From assembly GCF_009914755.1 (NCBI RefSeq), contig NC_060942.1: DNA of 64,000 nucleotides. One strand, 5' to 3'. A program made the position numbers and the translations under genes. The stretch comes from the human T2T-CHM13v2.0 reference genome, Homo sapiens. This document shows positions 1 through 12,729 of the stretch, in pieces; position 1 is the stretch's first letter; the number at the start of each line of letters is the position of its first letter. A model generated the notes under the pieces. The model worked only from the letters and a program-made list of their open reading frames with translations. It was not told the origin of the DNA and did not search any database.

Positions 1-296
1 GTGATTGAATCATGGGGGCGGACTCCCCTTGCTGTTCTCATAATAGTGAGTGACTTCTCATGAGATCTGGCTGTTTAAACGTATGTAACCCTTCCCCTTC
101 GCTCTCTCTCTCCTGCTGTGCCATGTGAAGATGTGCCTGCTTCCCCTTTGTCTGCTGTGACTGTAAGTTTCCTGAGGCCTCCCCAGCCATGCATCCTGTA
201 CAGCCTGTGGAACTGTGAGTCAATTAAACTTCTTTTCTTCATAAATTACCCAGTCTTAGGTAGTTTCTTATAGCAATGTGAGAACAGTCTAATGCA
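1..296 (+). mobile_element. MaLR LTR, MSTA/MSTB-like (cut by window edge)
   Basis: Contains ctgtaagtttcctgaggcctccccagccatgc, aactgtgagtcaattaaac and ataaattacccagtc, and has an MST-type 3' end (tagcaatgtgagaacagtctaatgca). Confidence 0.88.
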
Positions 297-477
297 ATGG
301 CCCTCATTGCTTTGCTAGCAAGGGTATTCATGAAGTCTATTATGGGATTATAATGGAGAGGAGAAAAGAAAGCTAATCATCTTTGCATTCTATTTCTTCT
401 CAAACTGCATGATATTTCAAACCCGAGAGCTGCTTTCCCCCTTCCCTCTCCCCCAAAGAAAAGGAGATGGTTAAAAA

Positions 478-728
478 GGCTGAGGTGGGCGGATCACCTG
501 AGGTCAGAAGTTCAAGACCAGCCTGGCCAACATGGTGAAAGCCTGTCTTTACTAAAAAAATACACAAATTAGCTGGGTGTGGTGGTGTGTGCCTGTATCC
601 CCAGCTACTCAGGAGGCCAAGGCACGAGAATCACTTGAACCTGGGAAGCGGAGGTTGCAGTGAGCCAAGATTGCAGCACTGCACTCCAGCCTGGGTGACA
701 AAGCAAGACTCTGTCTCAAAAAAAAAAA
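478..728 (+). mobile_element. AluS, 5'-truncated
   Basis: Runs from ggctgaggtgggcggatcacctgaggtc to gactctgtctc plus an A tail; the first ~45 nt of the consensus are missing. Confidence 0.95.
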
Positions 729-984
729 GGTAAAAGTTTAAAAAGAGTAAATAATATAGAAGGAATGAAAGAAATTTTGGAAAACAGATAATCTTTTGCC
801 TATTCCAAAGTGCAGTAAAATAATTGCACTTAATATATCTAATCTGGATTTTAAAATCCTCCAAAAGCTGCCCTCCAACCCCCTCCCCACCTAACTTTTC
901 CAACTTTATTTCCATATCCTCTCCTAAAGGAAGTCTTTGCTCTAGTCAGTTAAGCATAGGACACATGACATTGAGGACACAAGA

Positions 985-1750
985 CATTGAGCAGTTTGTC
1001 TATGAAAAGCACTATGCAAGGGGCAATGAAGAATTCATTCAAGATGAAAAACTGGGGCCCTTAACTTCCCAGCCTTTACATGCTAATGGGTAGGCTAGAC
1101 AAGAATAAATCACCCAAACCCCTGACAAACTATATAGAGAGTTATCAAGTGGTAAAATCATGCCGTAAAACTATAATGCAAGGAGTCATTGCTATCAGCT
1201 GGAGAGATCTTAGAAGGCTTCTTAGAAGAGATGAGACTAGAGTTGAATCTGGAAAGAAAAGTGGTATTCCCATGAAGCAGATAGAGAGAAAAGAATGTCC
1301 TGGGCTGAAGCATTAACTCTGGCAAAGATGAGAAGGCTAGAGAGTAAGGATCTTGTTAGGGTTTGTGAGAAGAACCAAAAGACTAAACTGTTAAAACCCA
1401 GCAAATTTGGATCCATTGGCCTTTTTTCTATTTTGTATTTTTTATTTTTTTATTATACTTTAAGTTCTGGGATACATGCACAGAACGCGCAGGTTTGTTA
1501 CATAGGTATACATGTGCCATTGGCCTTTTTTCACAATGCATGGAACCATTAGGATGATCACATGGTGGCAGTGATAAGATGTGCCTGAGAAGAACATTCT
1601 GGAGGCAACATGGAGGATGAATTAAGGTAAAAAGAAACTGAAGGCAGAGACCAGTTAGAAAGCTACTGCAGTTCACTTAACTACTGCTTATGAGATTCTG
1701 AAATAGGGCTGTGGCTATGGCCATGAAAACGAGCATTCAAGAAATGCTGT
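985..1750 (-). mobile_element. L2 relic fragments, interrupted by the short L1PA
   Basis: Degenerate L2 antisense motifs (gaaggcttcttagaagagatga; aaggcagagaccagttagaaagctactgcag). Confidence 0.55.
1429..1520 (-). mobile_element. L1PA extreme 3' end (~90 bp) with a 16-bp TSD
   Basis: ttattatactttaagttctgggatacatgcacagaacgcgcaggtttgttacataggtatacatgtgcc; TSD ccattggccttttttc at 1413-1428 and 1517-1532. Confidence 0.93.
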
Positions 1751-2489
1751 GTATAGATTAGCAGAAAAGCCATCAGGGTTGCGAAGCAATAGAAAAATCA
1801 ATTCAAACTGGCTTAAATGATAAAGGGCTTGCAAATCCAAAAAGGTTTAGAGCCATCAAATACAGCTCCAGCTTCATTTCTCTACTTTTCTCTCAACTCA
1901 GCCCAATTTTATGTCAGGCTAACTCCCTCATGATACCAAGATGGCTACCAGTAAAAATGGAAGCAATCACTCTTTTGTTTGCCTCTAGACGGAGATAGCT
2001 GTTGGTGCCCCCTGAACCTTGAAACTAAAGCCTCAGCTGAGGTGAGACTGGACCATTTTAGGAATATACTTGCCTTTGACTCAAATTATGTCATGACTGG
2101 TTTACATTCATCCCTAAGTAATTATGTTGCTGAGACTCAAATCTATCAAAGCCTACCCTTGGAGCTGAGTGAAGATTATCCTACATAATACCCAAGGCTT
2201 CTCAACTGGTGGGGAGGGAAGATGAGTGTTGAAGAGAAAGCTCAAGATTTTCCAAGCTTTCTTGGCATCTGTGCTACAATGCATTTGTTCTCAGATATTT
2301 CCTTCCATGATCCAACTTCCCTCTTGCAGTTTCCCTGTGCAGGTTCCAGCCTTCCATCAAATCCACCTCAATTCTTCCCTCCCCTCTGAAGTCTGCTCTG
2401 ACTTCTTGACCTTCACCCATCACTCAGTGCTCTGAACTCATTTACTTATTATACTTAACACAAAAACTTGAGAAAAAAAGAAAGCTGCA

Positions 2490-2783
2490 GACTGGGTGCA
2501 ATGGCTCATGCCTGTAATCCCAGCACTTTGGGAGGCCGAGGCGGGCAGATCACTTGAGGCCAGGAGTTCAAGACCAGCCTGGCCAACATGGTGAAACCCC
2601 GTCTCTACTAAAAATACAAAAATTAGCTGGGTGTGGTGGTGGGCACCTGTAGCCCCAGCTACAAGGGAGTCTAAGGCAGGAGAATCACTTGAACCCAGGA
2701 GGCAGGGATTGCGGTGAGCCGAGATCGTGCCACTGCACTCCAGCCTGGGTGACAGAGTGAGAGTCTTATCGCAAAACAAAAAA
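2490..2783 (+). mobile_element. AluS full length
   Basis: Dimeric Alu consensus with middle tactaaaaatacaaaaatta. Confidence 0.96.
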
Positions 2784-2789
2784 CTGTGG

Positions 2790-3403
2790 TACAATATATG
2801 TATGATAAAAAGTGAAAAACTGTACAGCTCGATAAATTTTTACTTATATATACATCAGTGTAACCACTACCCAGATCAAGATATGAAACATTTCCAACAA
2901 CCCAGAAGGCTTCCTCCTTCTGCTTCATAGTGAATACCCATCCCATTGAACTTCTGTTGCCACTGATTAGTTTTGCCTGTTCTTGAACTTGGAACATCAT
3001 CCAGTGGAATATATCATCCAGTGTATATTCAACTCCATGTGGCTTCTGTCACTCATTGTATCTGTGAGATTTGTCCATGTGGTTGCCTGTAGGAGAAGGC
3101 TGTTTTTTTTTATTGCTGTGTAATACTCCATTGTAGATATACAACAATTTGTCTACTCAATTTTCCCCAAAATTTAGGTTTTCCAGGTTTTGGTTACTAT
3201 GAGTAGAGCTGCCTTGAACATTCTATATACATATTTTTGTGGATACAGCACTTGTTTCTTTTGAATATGTACCTAGGATACACCTATTACATGCCTAGAA
3301 TTGCTAGGTCACAGATAGGCACATTTTAGTTTTAGTAGACACCAGCAAACTGTTTTCCAAAGTGGCTTTACCAATTTGCAATCATACCAGCAATGTATGA
3401 GAT
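2790..3403 (-). mobile_element. Old L1 (L1ME-like) 3' region
   Basis: gtgtaaccactacccagatcaagatatgaaacatttcc; aaactgttttccaaagtggctttaccaatttgcaatcataccagcaatgtatga. Confidence 0.8.
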
Positions 3404-3775
3404 GAACATATTGCTTCTAATATAAATTATTATGATGTATAGATTTATATATTGCTGCTGCCTCCTCAATTAGACTCTAAACCTCTAAAGGGCCAGTACT
3501 GTCCTAGAGTGCTTCATTGTTCCAATGTCTAATATTGTGTTCTACACAGGGACAGTGGAACCGTACACATGGACTCCAATATTATCCACTTTGTCCATTC
3601 TCACGGGTGTGAACTCTGGGCAAAGGAAGGTTGTTCAAATGTGCTTTCCACCTCAGCTACACCTGGACCAGAAGTGGTCACCCTCATGTACTCCTAGGCC
3701 ACAGTATACAGGCTTTGCCACCCAGATAGGTTCTTCTACCCTCTGGTGGCATTCCTCTTTGGGACCATTGGAGTG

Positions 3776-4108
3776 CAGTTGACTGTCCTTATTTGGGGGT
3801 TCCAACATCTGTGGATTCAACCAGCCACAGATCAAAAATACTGTATTCAAAAAAATTCTGTATTGAACATATAAGACTATTTTTTGGCCATTATTTCCTA
3901 CGCAATAGAGTGTAACAAGTATTTACAAAGAATTTACATTGCATTAGGTATTACTAGTAATCTGGAGATGATTTAAAGTATATGGGGGGATGGCACTGGT
4001 TATATGCAGATACTGTGCCATTTTATATCAGGGACTTGAGCACCTGTGGAGTCTGATATCCGCAGGAAGGCCCAGAACAATCACCCTCAGATACAGAGAA
4101 ATGCCTGT
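3776..4108 (-). mobile_element. MER2/Tigger3-type TcMar MITE
   Basis: tgtggattcaacc; taatctggagatgatttaaagtat; ttttatatcagggacttgagca; degenerate CAG...CTG termini. Confidence 0.85.
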
Positions 4109-4171
4109 ATATTCTTTCCAATAGACCTCAGACATGACCATGTTAATACAGTAGACAGGTTCTAACCACGT

Positions 4172-4325
4172 TACACACTCAAAAGAAATAAGTGCTGTAT
4201 CCACAAAAATACATATATAGAATGTTCAAAGCAGCTGTGCTCATAATAGCCAAAACTGGGAAAACCTAAATTTGAGGGACAATTGAGTAGATAAATCATA
4301 TAATCTACAGTGGAGTATTGTATAG
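4172..4325 (+). mobile_element. L1ME-like fragment that is an inverted copy of 3121-3270
   Basis: Its reverse complement aligns closely to 3121-3270 (see findings). Confidence 0.75.
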
Positions 4326-4502
4326 TAACCAACAAGATGCCTGTCCTTCCAGAGGGCTCCTTGAACCCCTGCACCATCTGCCCACCTCTTCCCAAGTGAC
4401 CAGATTCACATTCCAAAGGATCTTGGGAGAGGTGGCCTTTGAAGGAACTTAAAAGGTCTTTCTGTGCCCTTTCCCTGAGGCCCAACTGGACTTCTGATTT
4501 TA

Positions 4503-4850
<348 letters not shown>

Positions 4851-5149
4851 AGGTCGGCTTCAAGGTGACAAGTATTCACCTACTCCCAAACCGGAAAGTG
4901 ATTGTAAACTTTTCTCATGGAATAAAAAGGCTTCAAGTTCTTCCTCACTGTGCAACTTATAAGTCACCTGTCTAGTCATTAGGGATTTTTAAAATATAAA
5001 TGCGCCAGTGTGATAATTATGGCTCTGTGATTTTCTTTCGTTTCTTTTTCTTTTTCTCACTTAACGGGATGTCATGCCATGTTTTCACATCACTATACAT
5101 AGGTTTGCCGGATTCACGTTAATGCCTACAAAATATAGAAAATATATAG

Positions 5150-5385
5150 CACTATCACACTTACTATGTGCCAGGCACATTTTAAGATACATTTAGTTCT
5201 CAGCACCACCCTATATGGTAGGTATTATATACACTCCCATTTTATAGTTGAGGAAACTGAGGCAGAGAGAAATTAAGTAACTTGCTCAATTAAGTAACTT
5301 GCTCAAGATCATAACATTAGTAAGCTTTCAGGGTCAGGGTCAGAACCCCGGCTGTCTGGCTCTGGTATCCACGCCCTCAACTCTC
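5150..5385 (-). mobile_element. MIR (MIRb-like)
   Basis: MIR core cccattttatagttgaggaaactgaggcagagagaaattaagtaacttgctcaagatcat. Confidence 0.88.
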
Positions 5386-6094
5386 CTGCCCTTGGCTAGG
5401 AGATGCCTATACCACAGCTTTTTTAGCCATTCCTTTACTAATCTTGTTCCAATTTTTAATCTTTGTTGGCATCCGCCACTGACTAGCACATTCTTGGATG
5501 CCTCTCCTGCCTCACAGTGATGTGTATTTAGGGAATTAAAAATAACTGCTATAGTAGCTTACCTCAAAATTAAAGTGATTATTAGATAGATGACTCTCCT
5601 TTTAAAAAGTGTTTCATATTCCAAATCTCAATAAAAATGACTTTTCGATTATCAGCAGCATTGGCAAGTTCACATTACATCCACGGGCCATTACCATCAA
5701 TAATTGAGAACACACACACATGCTAATCAATCATTTACTCCTGCTTCCCATCTCTCTTACATGGTTTTAGATGTTGTCTATCTTAGTCTTAGAATTGAGA
5801 AACACAGGAAAATTTATCACCCTTTGTAGTCCAAAAAATTGTAATTGCAGACACAACAGAGTTTGATAAAGTTGCAAAGAGGTGGAAATTATGCTGAAAG
5901 ATTTTCCAGAATCACTAGGTATGATTTTATATTATAGCAACATTTCATTGTCTACTAAAGGCAAAATTTCCGCCCCTTCCCCAGAGCTCAGGAAAAAGGG
6001 AAACCAAAATGAACATAATGTAAAATGTAATAGGTGATGCTTCCCCATTCAATTCAAGATGAAAGCTTTACAGTTGGGGGACATAGAAAGATAC

Positions 6095-6490
6095 TAGATT
6101 TAGAGTAATATACCTGGGTTCAGATTTTACCAGCTTTGTGACCCTAGAGCAGCTTTTCTTAACCTTGGCACTATTGATATTTCAGGCTGGAAAATTCTTT
6201 GACGTGGAAGTATATCCTGGCCATTACATACAGTATGTTTAACAGCATACCTGGCTTCTACCCACCAAATGCCCGTAGTCACCCTCTGTGCCCCTCAAGT
6301 TGAGGCAACCAAAAATGCTCCCAGATATTGCCAAACGTCCCTCAGTAATCAGTCACCCTGGCTGAGATCTAGGCAAAGCTCTGAACTTCTCAGAGGTACA
6401 GTTTATCCATAACGATGAAGATTATTTTATTTGCTTCATAGTTATTATAAAGAGCTCATGTATTCGTACCAGTTTTATAAATTATGAATT
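6095..6490 (+). mobile_element. MIR relic split by MER20
   Basis: cctgggttcagattttaccagctttgtgaccc on the left and ggcaaagctctgaacttctcagagg on the right. Confidence 0.55.
6150..6367 (+). mobile_element. MER20 (hAT-Charlie)
   Basis: ttcttaaccttggcactattgatattt; gtttaacagcatacctggcttctacccacc; aaccaaaaatgctcccagatattgccaaacgtccc. Confidence 0.88.
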
Positions 6491-8769
6491 GTTACTTAAG
6501 AATTAAGTTAGGTATTATTATTATTATTTATTGAGCTCATTCTATTTTGAAGAATGCCAGATATGATCTGAAATATAGAATTGTCAAACCCAGAATGTAT
6601 TTCTGTGCATACTTCTAAGAGAGATTGTTAAAATAGTTAATAACAGGTGGAACAGGCGACACAAACTCCTCACTATTGTCCATAAACTAATAGTAAAAAT
6701 GACTCCATTTCATAACCACAGGCTGCATCTCTGCTGCTGGTTAACCCATTTAGAAGAGAGCTGCTATCAACCCCAAGGGAAAACATGTACACAGAATATA
6801 TAGAATAGATGCTTACTGTCCCTGTGAGCAGAGAAAAACACCACAGAGAGCATGTCTCATTTGTTAGGAGGCCAGGAGATCATGGCACAGCATGGGAACA
6901 ATTCCTCCTGAGGAGAAAACAATTTCTCCGAGCTCTGGGTTGAATAGCTCTATGGTCCTCCTATGGGGCTCATCATTCAGAACCTTGAACTGCTGTGACA
7001 GATCCTCACGTCATCAATGTCGTGTCTTTGGAGCTCCCTACTTGACCCAAAGCATCCATGGGGTGGATTCCTTGCGCCATTCTTCCCATAACTGTCACTG
7101 GCACATAGAACAGTCCTTACTCAGAACAAGCGTTGGACACATTTTTATTGAATGACTGGGTAATTATTATTTTGCTATATCTTAACAACAATGATTTTTT
7201 AAAAGCACTAGATATAGATTCTGCACACAAATATTGAGGGAAAGTTTTAACTCTGCCACTTCATCAGTTTTTTGTTTTTTTTAAAAAAAGCCGATTCTTC
7301 CCTTTTTCTGCCATTCTCCCACCCCCACCCCAGAATCCTTGGAGAAACTGCTCCATTGTGTGTCAAGGACACACACTAGGAAGTTTTTGGTTTGGGTTGG
7401 GGCAAGTTTCCTTCCTTTCCTTGTCTTCCTCTTTTTTCTTCCTCTGGTGGGGGTGAGATGGGCCTTGCTGTGCCTTCTGTTGGAAAGTTACGGAAGGGTT
7501 AAGAAAGGAGGGAGTGCAAGAGGCCTGCTTGGAACTGGCTCTGGTTCAGCTTTTAACAGAGAGGACAAAGAGGATCTTTGCTTTTAGCGCATTGCCCACC
7601 CAGTTGCAAAGAGTGAAATGTTGCAGGGATTCTGCATGGTGAGCAAATGGCAGAGTGTGTGGCAAGACCGGATCTCACTAGGAAAGGGGACAAGGAAAAC
7701 CTCCACATCTCAAGTAATGGATAGATGAAAAACCAACTTCTGTAAAGGATCAGCAGTATCCTCAGTTGCAAGAGCCCCATGTCATCACCTGGGAGAGCAG
7801 AGTGGAGTTATAAGAAGGTTGGTGGTCATTGGTAATGGCTACTAGTTAGGGACAGCCTCCTACTTGCTACGACTTTTCCAGTAGAGCCAGGGGAATGGGA
7901 AGAAGTGGGGATGGTCGGCAAAATCACTGAAGGCAGGCCATTGAGGGAGGTAAGCTGACATAAGCATTGAGGACCGATCTTGAAATAAAACAATTGAAAT
8001 TCCAGCCCTTTTCCCTTTTTAGGTTATTAGAAGATTTCAGATGTACAAGCACAGACCCAGGGAGGACAGCTGGAACACCTCACTGGGGTCCTGTTGAGGA
8101 GAACTGAGATTGCAGAATGGGCACCCTAAGTCACACAAGAGCATTCATCTCAAGAAAAGGGGGAGTCAAGACTGGTAACCCTGGCACCATAACATGGTCT
8201 GGAGGTTGGGCCAGGTAGCAGTGGGTGCTGGCATTAGCACAGCATGTGGCCTAGACTGAAAACCCATCATACCCAATTGCCCTGTACAGTGGCACATTTT
8301 AGGGAAATAACAGCGTATGTGTGTGAGCTGAAAGAGCCGCAATCTTGGATCCTAAGTTTGGGGCACCACTGTGGCCTGTAACGAAACTTGGTCTAGCAAG
8401 AGCATTGTACAGATGAAAAATTCCATCCGATGGTGTGAGCTGAGTTTCAAATGGTGACATTGTGTGGTGGAGCAGAAATAAAGGTCAGTGGGCTGATTAG
8501 ACTCTGAGGTTCTCTCTTCTAGAGTTGGAAGGTGGACTGTTCTTCAAACTGAGTAAACTCCTGAGATATATGTTTTGGGGGAAGGAGGTGGTCTCAAGAG
8601 GCAGACATTGAACATCTATCTACATTGGACAAGTGGAGGTAGGAATGATTAACTGGAAACATAAAAAAGACGGACTTGCATTAGTACTCCAAGTTGATGA
8701 AGGAAATCATACCAGTTGCATATGCATTTTTCATACACTTACATAAAGATGCGGCTACAATCACATATA

Positions 8770-8900
8770 GTTTCACACATACTCCAAAACCTGATGAGGC
8801 AGATATTAGTACTCCGCATTTTGTACATGAGCAAATAGGGGCAACAGAGGCAAATAACCTAAGAAGCGGTGGAGCCACAGCTGAAACAGGTTTTGCATTC
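8770..8900 (-). mobile_element. MIR fragment
   Basis: gaggcagatattagtactccgcattttgtacatgagcaaataggggcaacagagg, a degenerate MIR core. Confidence 0.55.
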
Positions 8901-8938
8901 CAAAATATGTTTCACTTTTGCTGTGCTGCTTTCAAGAG

Positions 8939-9121
8939 CAGTGGTTCCCAAAAAGTGGTTCTCAGACCAATTGTGTCAGTATCAGCTGTGAACTTATTAG
9001 AAATGCAAATCCTTGGGTCCCACCCATACCTCCTGATCAGAAACTCCGGGGTGGGCCCAGCAATCTATTTAACAAGTCCTCGTGGTGCTTCTGATGAATG
9101 CTCAAGTTTGAAAATCACTGC
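8939..9121. mobile_element. MER5A (hAT-Charlie)
   Basis: TIRs cagtggttccc...aaatcactg; ttattagaaatgcaaatccttggg; ttctgatgaatgctcaagtttga. Confidence 0.9.
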
Positions 9122-11739
9122 TCTGAAAAGTGAGATTATGCTTCTGCAGTTAGGGTGCTTCCCCATTCCAGTCCCTAATACAGTATGAGATTCAATAACG
9201 GTAACTACCCTCAAGCACTTACTATTTGAATAAGTAGTTGCTTGAGCGACACATTTCTAACCAAGGAGATGAGAGAAGATGAGAGTAAAATAACACACAC
9301 TTTCTTCCTTTGTCTACACATTTGGTCTAAAGTTACGGGGAACATCTTTATCCCATTACTTTTGAGAGTGTGAAAATGTGATGATTGCTCTTTTACCCCT
9401 TTCTGTTCTTCCACTGTGGGAATATTAACAGAAATGTTTCTCTTCTTCTCTGTTCTGAGCCTAATTCACAGCCCAGAACCATAACTCAAAGACATAATTT
9501 GAAGCTATCTACTTTCTTTCAAAGTGCCATTGTCATTTTATCCTGGACACAGGCTAGATTTTTGTGAAAGTAATAATATGGATTTATAACTCAGCAATGT
9601 TTTCATCTGTGGAATTATTTTGTCAACCCAAAGTTTGGGGCAGATAAAGGTAGAAATTTCATTTCAAACAACAGGTAATATCTATAACTTAAGCAGGGTA
9701 AATATTTTTCCAGGCAAAACAAAACAAAACAAAAACTAGATTAAAATAAACCAATAATCAGACTTGATCCTGATGAAAATCGTATTTATTCAGTAATACT
9801 TGTTCTCCTGGTGACAACTGAATGACAATTGAAATGATGGAGAATATTTCTCTATTGTAATGATTATATTAAATTAATTCATAATATTTGCTCAATAACA
9901 TTGTTTGCATATACTCCCATGGCTAGGAAAGTGCTACCTAGTTCATTTTTCACACATCAAAATCTGGTAACTTGATATCATTATATTATCCTCCCTAGAA
10001 ATGCTGATGGGGTCTGGTCTGCACATCTCAGAGGGAAGGGGGAATGAGAACAGTGGGTGACACCAGGCACCATATGTTCGGCAATACCTACAGCACAGTA
10101 GGCACAATGGGTAGAGGTGAGCATGTTCATGCCTCATCTCTTCATTGTTGGGGGATGTGATAAAAGTTACGTTCAGATTTTATTTATTTTCCAAGTATTG
10201 TATTTTCTCTTACGCTTTTCTAAAAAAATAAATTCATGGCACATCAGAATATACTCCCATCTTCTCGAGGAACCTGTAAACCAGTGGAAGTACTTTTGAT
10301 TATCTGACAGTGTCTAACAAAGCATCTGATAAAAATGTGTTGTTCTTAAAAGTCAGTAGGTCAAACGATCAATTGAATTTGATGCTGAATTTTAAGATAA
10401 ATTTTCCAACAAATTATGAGAAAAAGGTGTGTATAAGGTGGAGTGGAGATTTCTCCCATGTTACAAGGCCAGTGGATCCAAAAAATGATAATTTCTACTG
10501 TTAACCCTGCTCCAGGCTGCCTTTCTTCAGCAAATTTAGTCTCCTAAGGGAACTGCCAAACAATCAACAGGACAAAACTCAGGAGAAGCTATTTCCTAAG
10601 GGACTAAACAAAGATTTTGGAATTACATGCCTTGAGTCCTAGCCCTAGGTCTGTCAAAGAGCTTCATATGCCACTGTTCACACGTTCCATTTTCTAGTTT
10701 TTAAAAATCAGAATAACTATATCATCTCCCATTCTCAGCACTCAATTAACAATGAAAAGGTTGTTGCGGATCCAAATGCTATCATTCCGTCAATAATGAT
10801 AATCATAAGGATTTAAAATGTGCTAATTCCATTTAAGGAATGAATTCAAGGAAAGAAAATGCCAAGATTTTTTCAATGTGAGTTAACAGCAGTGCAGACT
10901 GTAGAATGCCACACTCAAAGGTGTGGGCTGTGTTTATGCTTCAGTTACATTTTCACTAGACAAATACAATTTCCCTGCCCAGCTTTTCATTCAAGTGGTG
11001 ACTCCTAACACCTGTGAACAAATGTGCTTTGCCCTGCTAATGCTGATAAAAACTACAAATCTGTCTCCTTCACTGTTGATCTACAAATGGAAGCTGCGTG
11101 CCACATGCTTCGTCTCACTGTAACCTTAATGGAAAAGCAGCAGGGCTGTTAGCAGAATTTCCTAGACCACAAAAAGATAATATTAATTCAAGCACTTTAG
11201 GAAAATTCTCAAAATTTATTTTCTTCTCCTTGATAACATTATAGAAGATTTTAATATACTGATATTTTGAGGGGTTAAGTACTATGGCTTACTAGCAATG
11301 CAATTTATTAAACAGTCACGTTAAATGGTCAACCATCTTAAACTCCCACTCCCAATAGCTTTAAAGATTTATAATGCAGGGAGAAAATTAGACCGATCTA
11401 GCATCTTGCCACAGTATTTTTTTTTTTTTTTTTTTTTTGCAATATGGGGCTTTAGTTGTCACAGGTCAAAATGCCATCTTGGAAATAAATGGACCTTGAG
11501 TATGTTTTAGAGGAAGGCATTGAGTTAAATACGCATCTCCATTCCAATTAGTCTGTATGAGCCATTTAAAGAATAAAAGAGATGAGCACATTTATTTTTG
11601 GTTCCACAAAATTCTGCTTTGTGACTTGTCTCAAGATTTGCATATTTTTATAGAGCATGTTAGGCAAAGAAAGCACTGTGCTATGGGCCGTGGGAATAAT
11701 GGTGACTAAGACAGCGTCCCGCCTTCAAAGAAGGTATTA

Positions 11740-11836
11740 TCCTTTTGAATATAAGCTCCCAAGGGCAGGAGTCTATTTTATTCATTGAGAGCCTATAATA
11801 CACCCTCAATAAATAGTTGTGAAACCAATGAATAAA
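11740..11836 (+). mobile_element. L2 3' end fragment
   Basis: ataagctcccaagggcaggagtct...ctcaataaatagttgtgaaaccaatgaataaatg. Confidence 0.65.
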
Positions 11837-11915
11837 TGGTGGGGTGGAGTGGGCGGTAGGAGGTATGGACATTAATGTATACAAATGCCAGTAGCTAAAT
11901 TGGAAAAAGGTGGGT

Positions 11916-12276
11916 ACTTTGGACTAAATGCTTGTATCACCTCAAAATTCATGTGTTGAAGGCTAATCCCCAATGTGATGGCATTTGGAGGTGAGGAGGT
12001 AACGAGGTCAGGAAGGTAGAGCACTCAGGAATGGAATTAATGCCCTTATATAAAGAGGAAGAGACACAGGCTCTTTCTCTCTGTTCTCTGCTATATGAAG
12101 ATACAATGAGAAGACAGCCACCTGCAAACCAGGAAGTGGGCTGGGCTCTTACCAGACATCAGATCTGTCCATACCTTACTCTTGGACTTCCCAGCCCACA
12201 GAACTGTGAGAAAAAGATGTTTGTCGTTTAAGCCAACTGTTCTGTAGACATTTGTTACAGCAGCCCAAGGTAAGAT
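11916..12276 (+). mobile_element. MLT1A-like MaLR LTR
   Basis: aaattcatgtgttgaaggctaatccccaatgtgatggcatttggagg; tcttggacttcccagcccacagaactgtgaga; ttgttacagcagccc. Confidence 0.88.
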
Positions 12277-12729
12277 GGTCGGAGAAGGCTGTGCTAAGTA
12301 TGAACTAAATATGCCAGTGGTCAGCCATATATTCTCAATGAAGCCACTGCTGCTGGGAAGACTCATACGGGGGGCAGGTTTTTCATGAAAATCCTTGAGG
12401 CAATAGTCTAGGAGTGTCCTTCACCACACACATATTCAGAATTTGCTTTCTGAATGGCATTTGCTGGGTGCCTGATGAATTCAGAGAAATGTAATGAAGA
12501 GAGATGCTGTTCCCACCAGCAGTTTTCAGGCTCTGAGCAAAGGTGAGGCAGCCTCAGAACTACTGAAACGGGTGTGCTTATGGCTTGTGTGTACAGAGGA
12601 ACGTGATAGCTGTGAGCACCAGAGTTGCAGTAAAATTGCTGAGTCTGAATTTTAAAACACAAACAAAAAAGGCAGGAGTATCATGACATGAACATGTCAT
12701 AACCCTGAAGACACAGATGATATGTGAAC

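Noticed and set aside
1760-2200. Possible ancient LTR (also 34830-35130 and 59180-59735)
   Set aside because: The sequence feels repeat-like but is too diverged for me to assign a family.
8694-9188. 164-aa plus-strand ORF
   Set aside because: It has a non-ATG start and runs through MIR and MER5A sequence; I recognise no domain.
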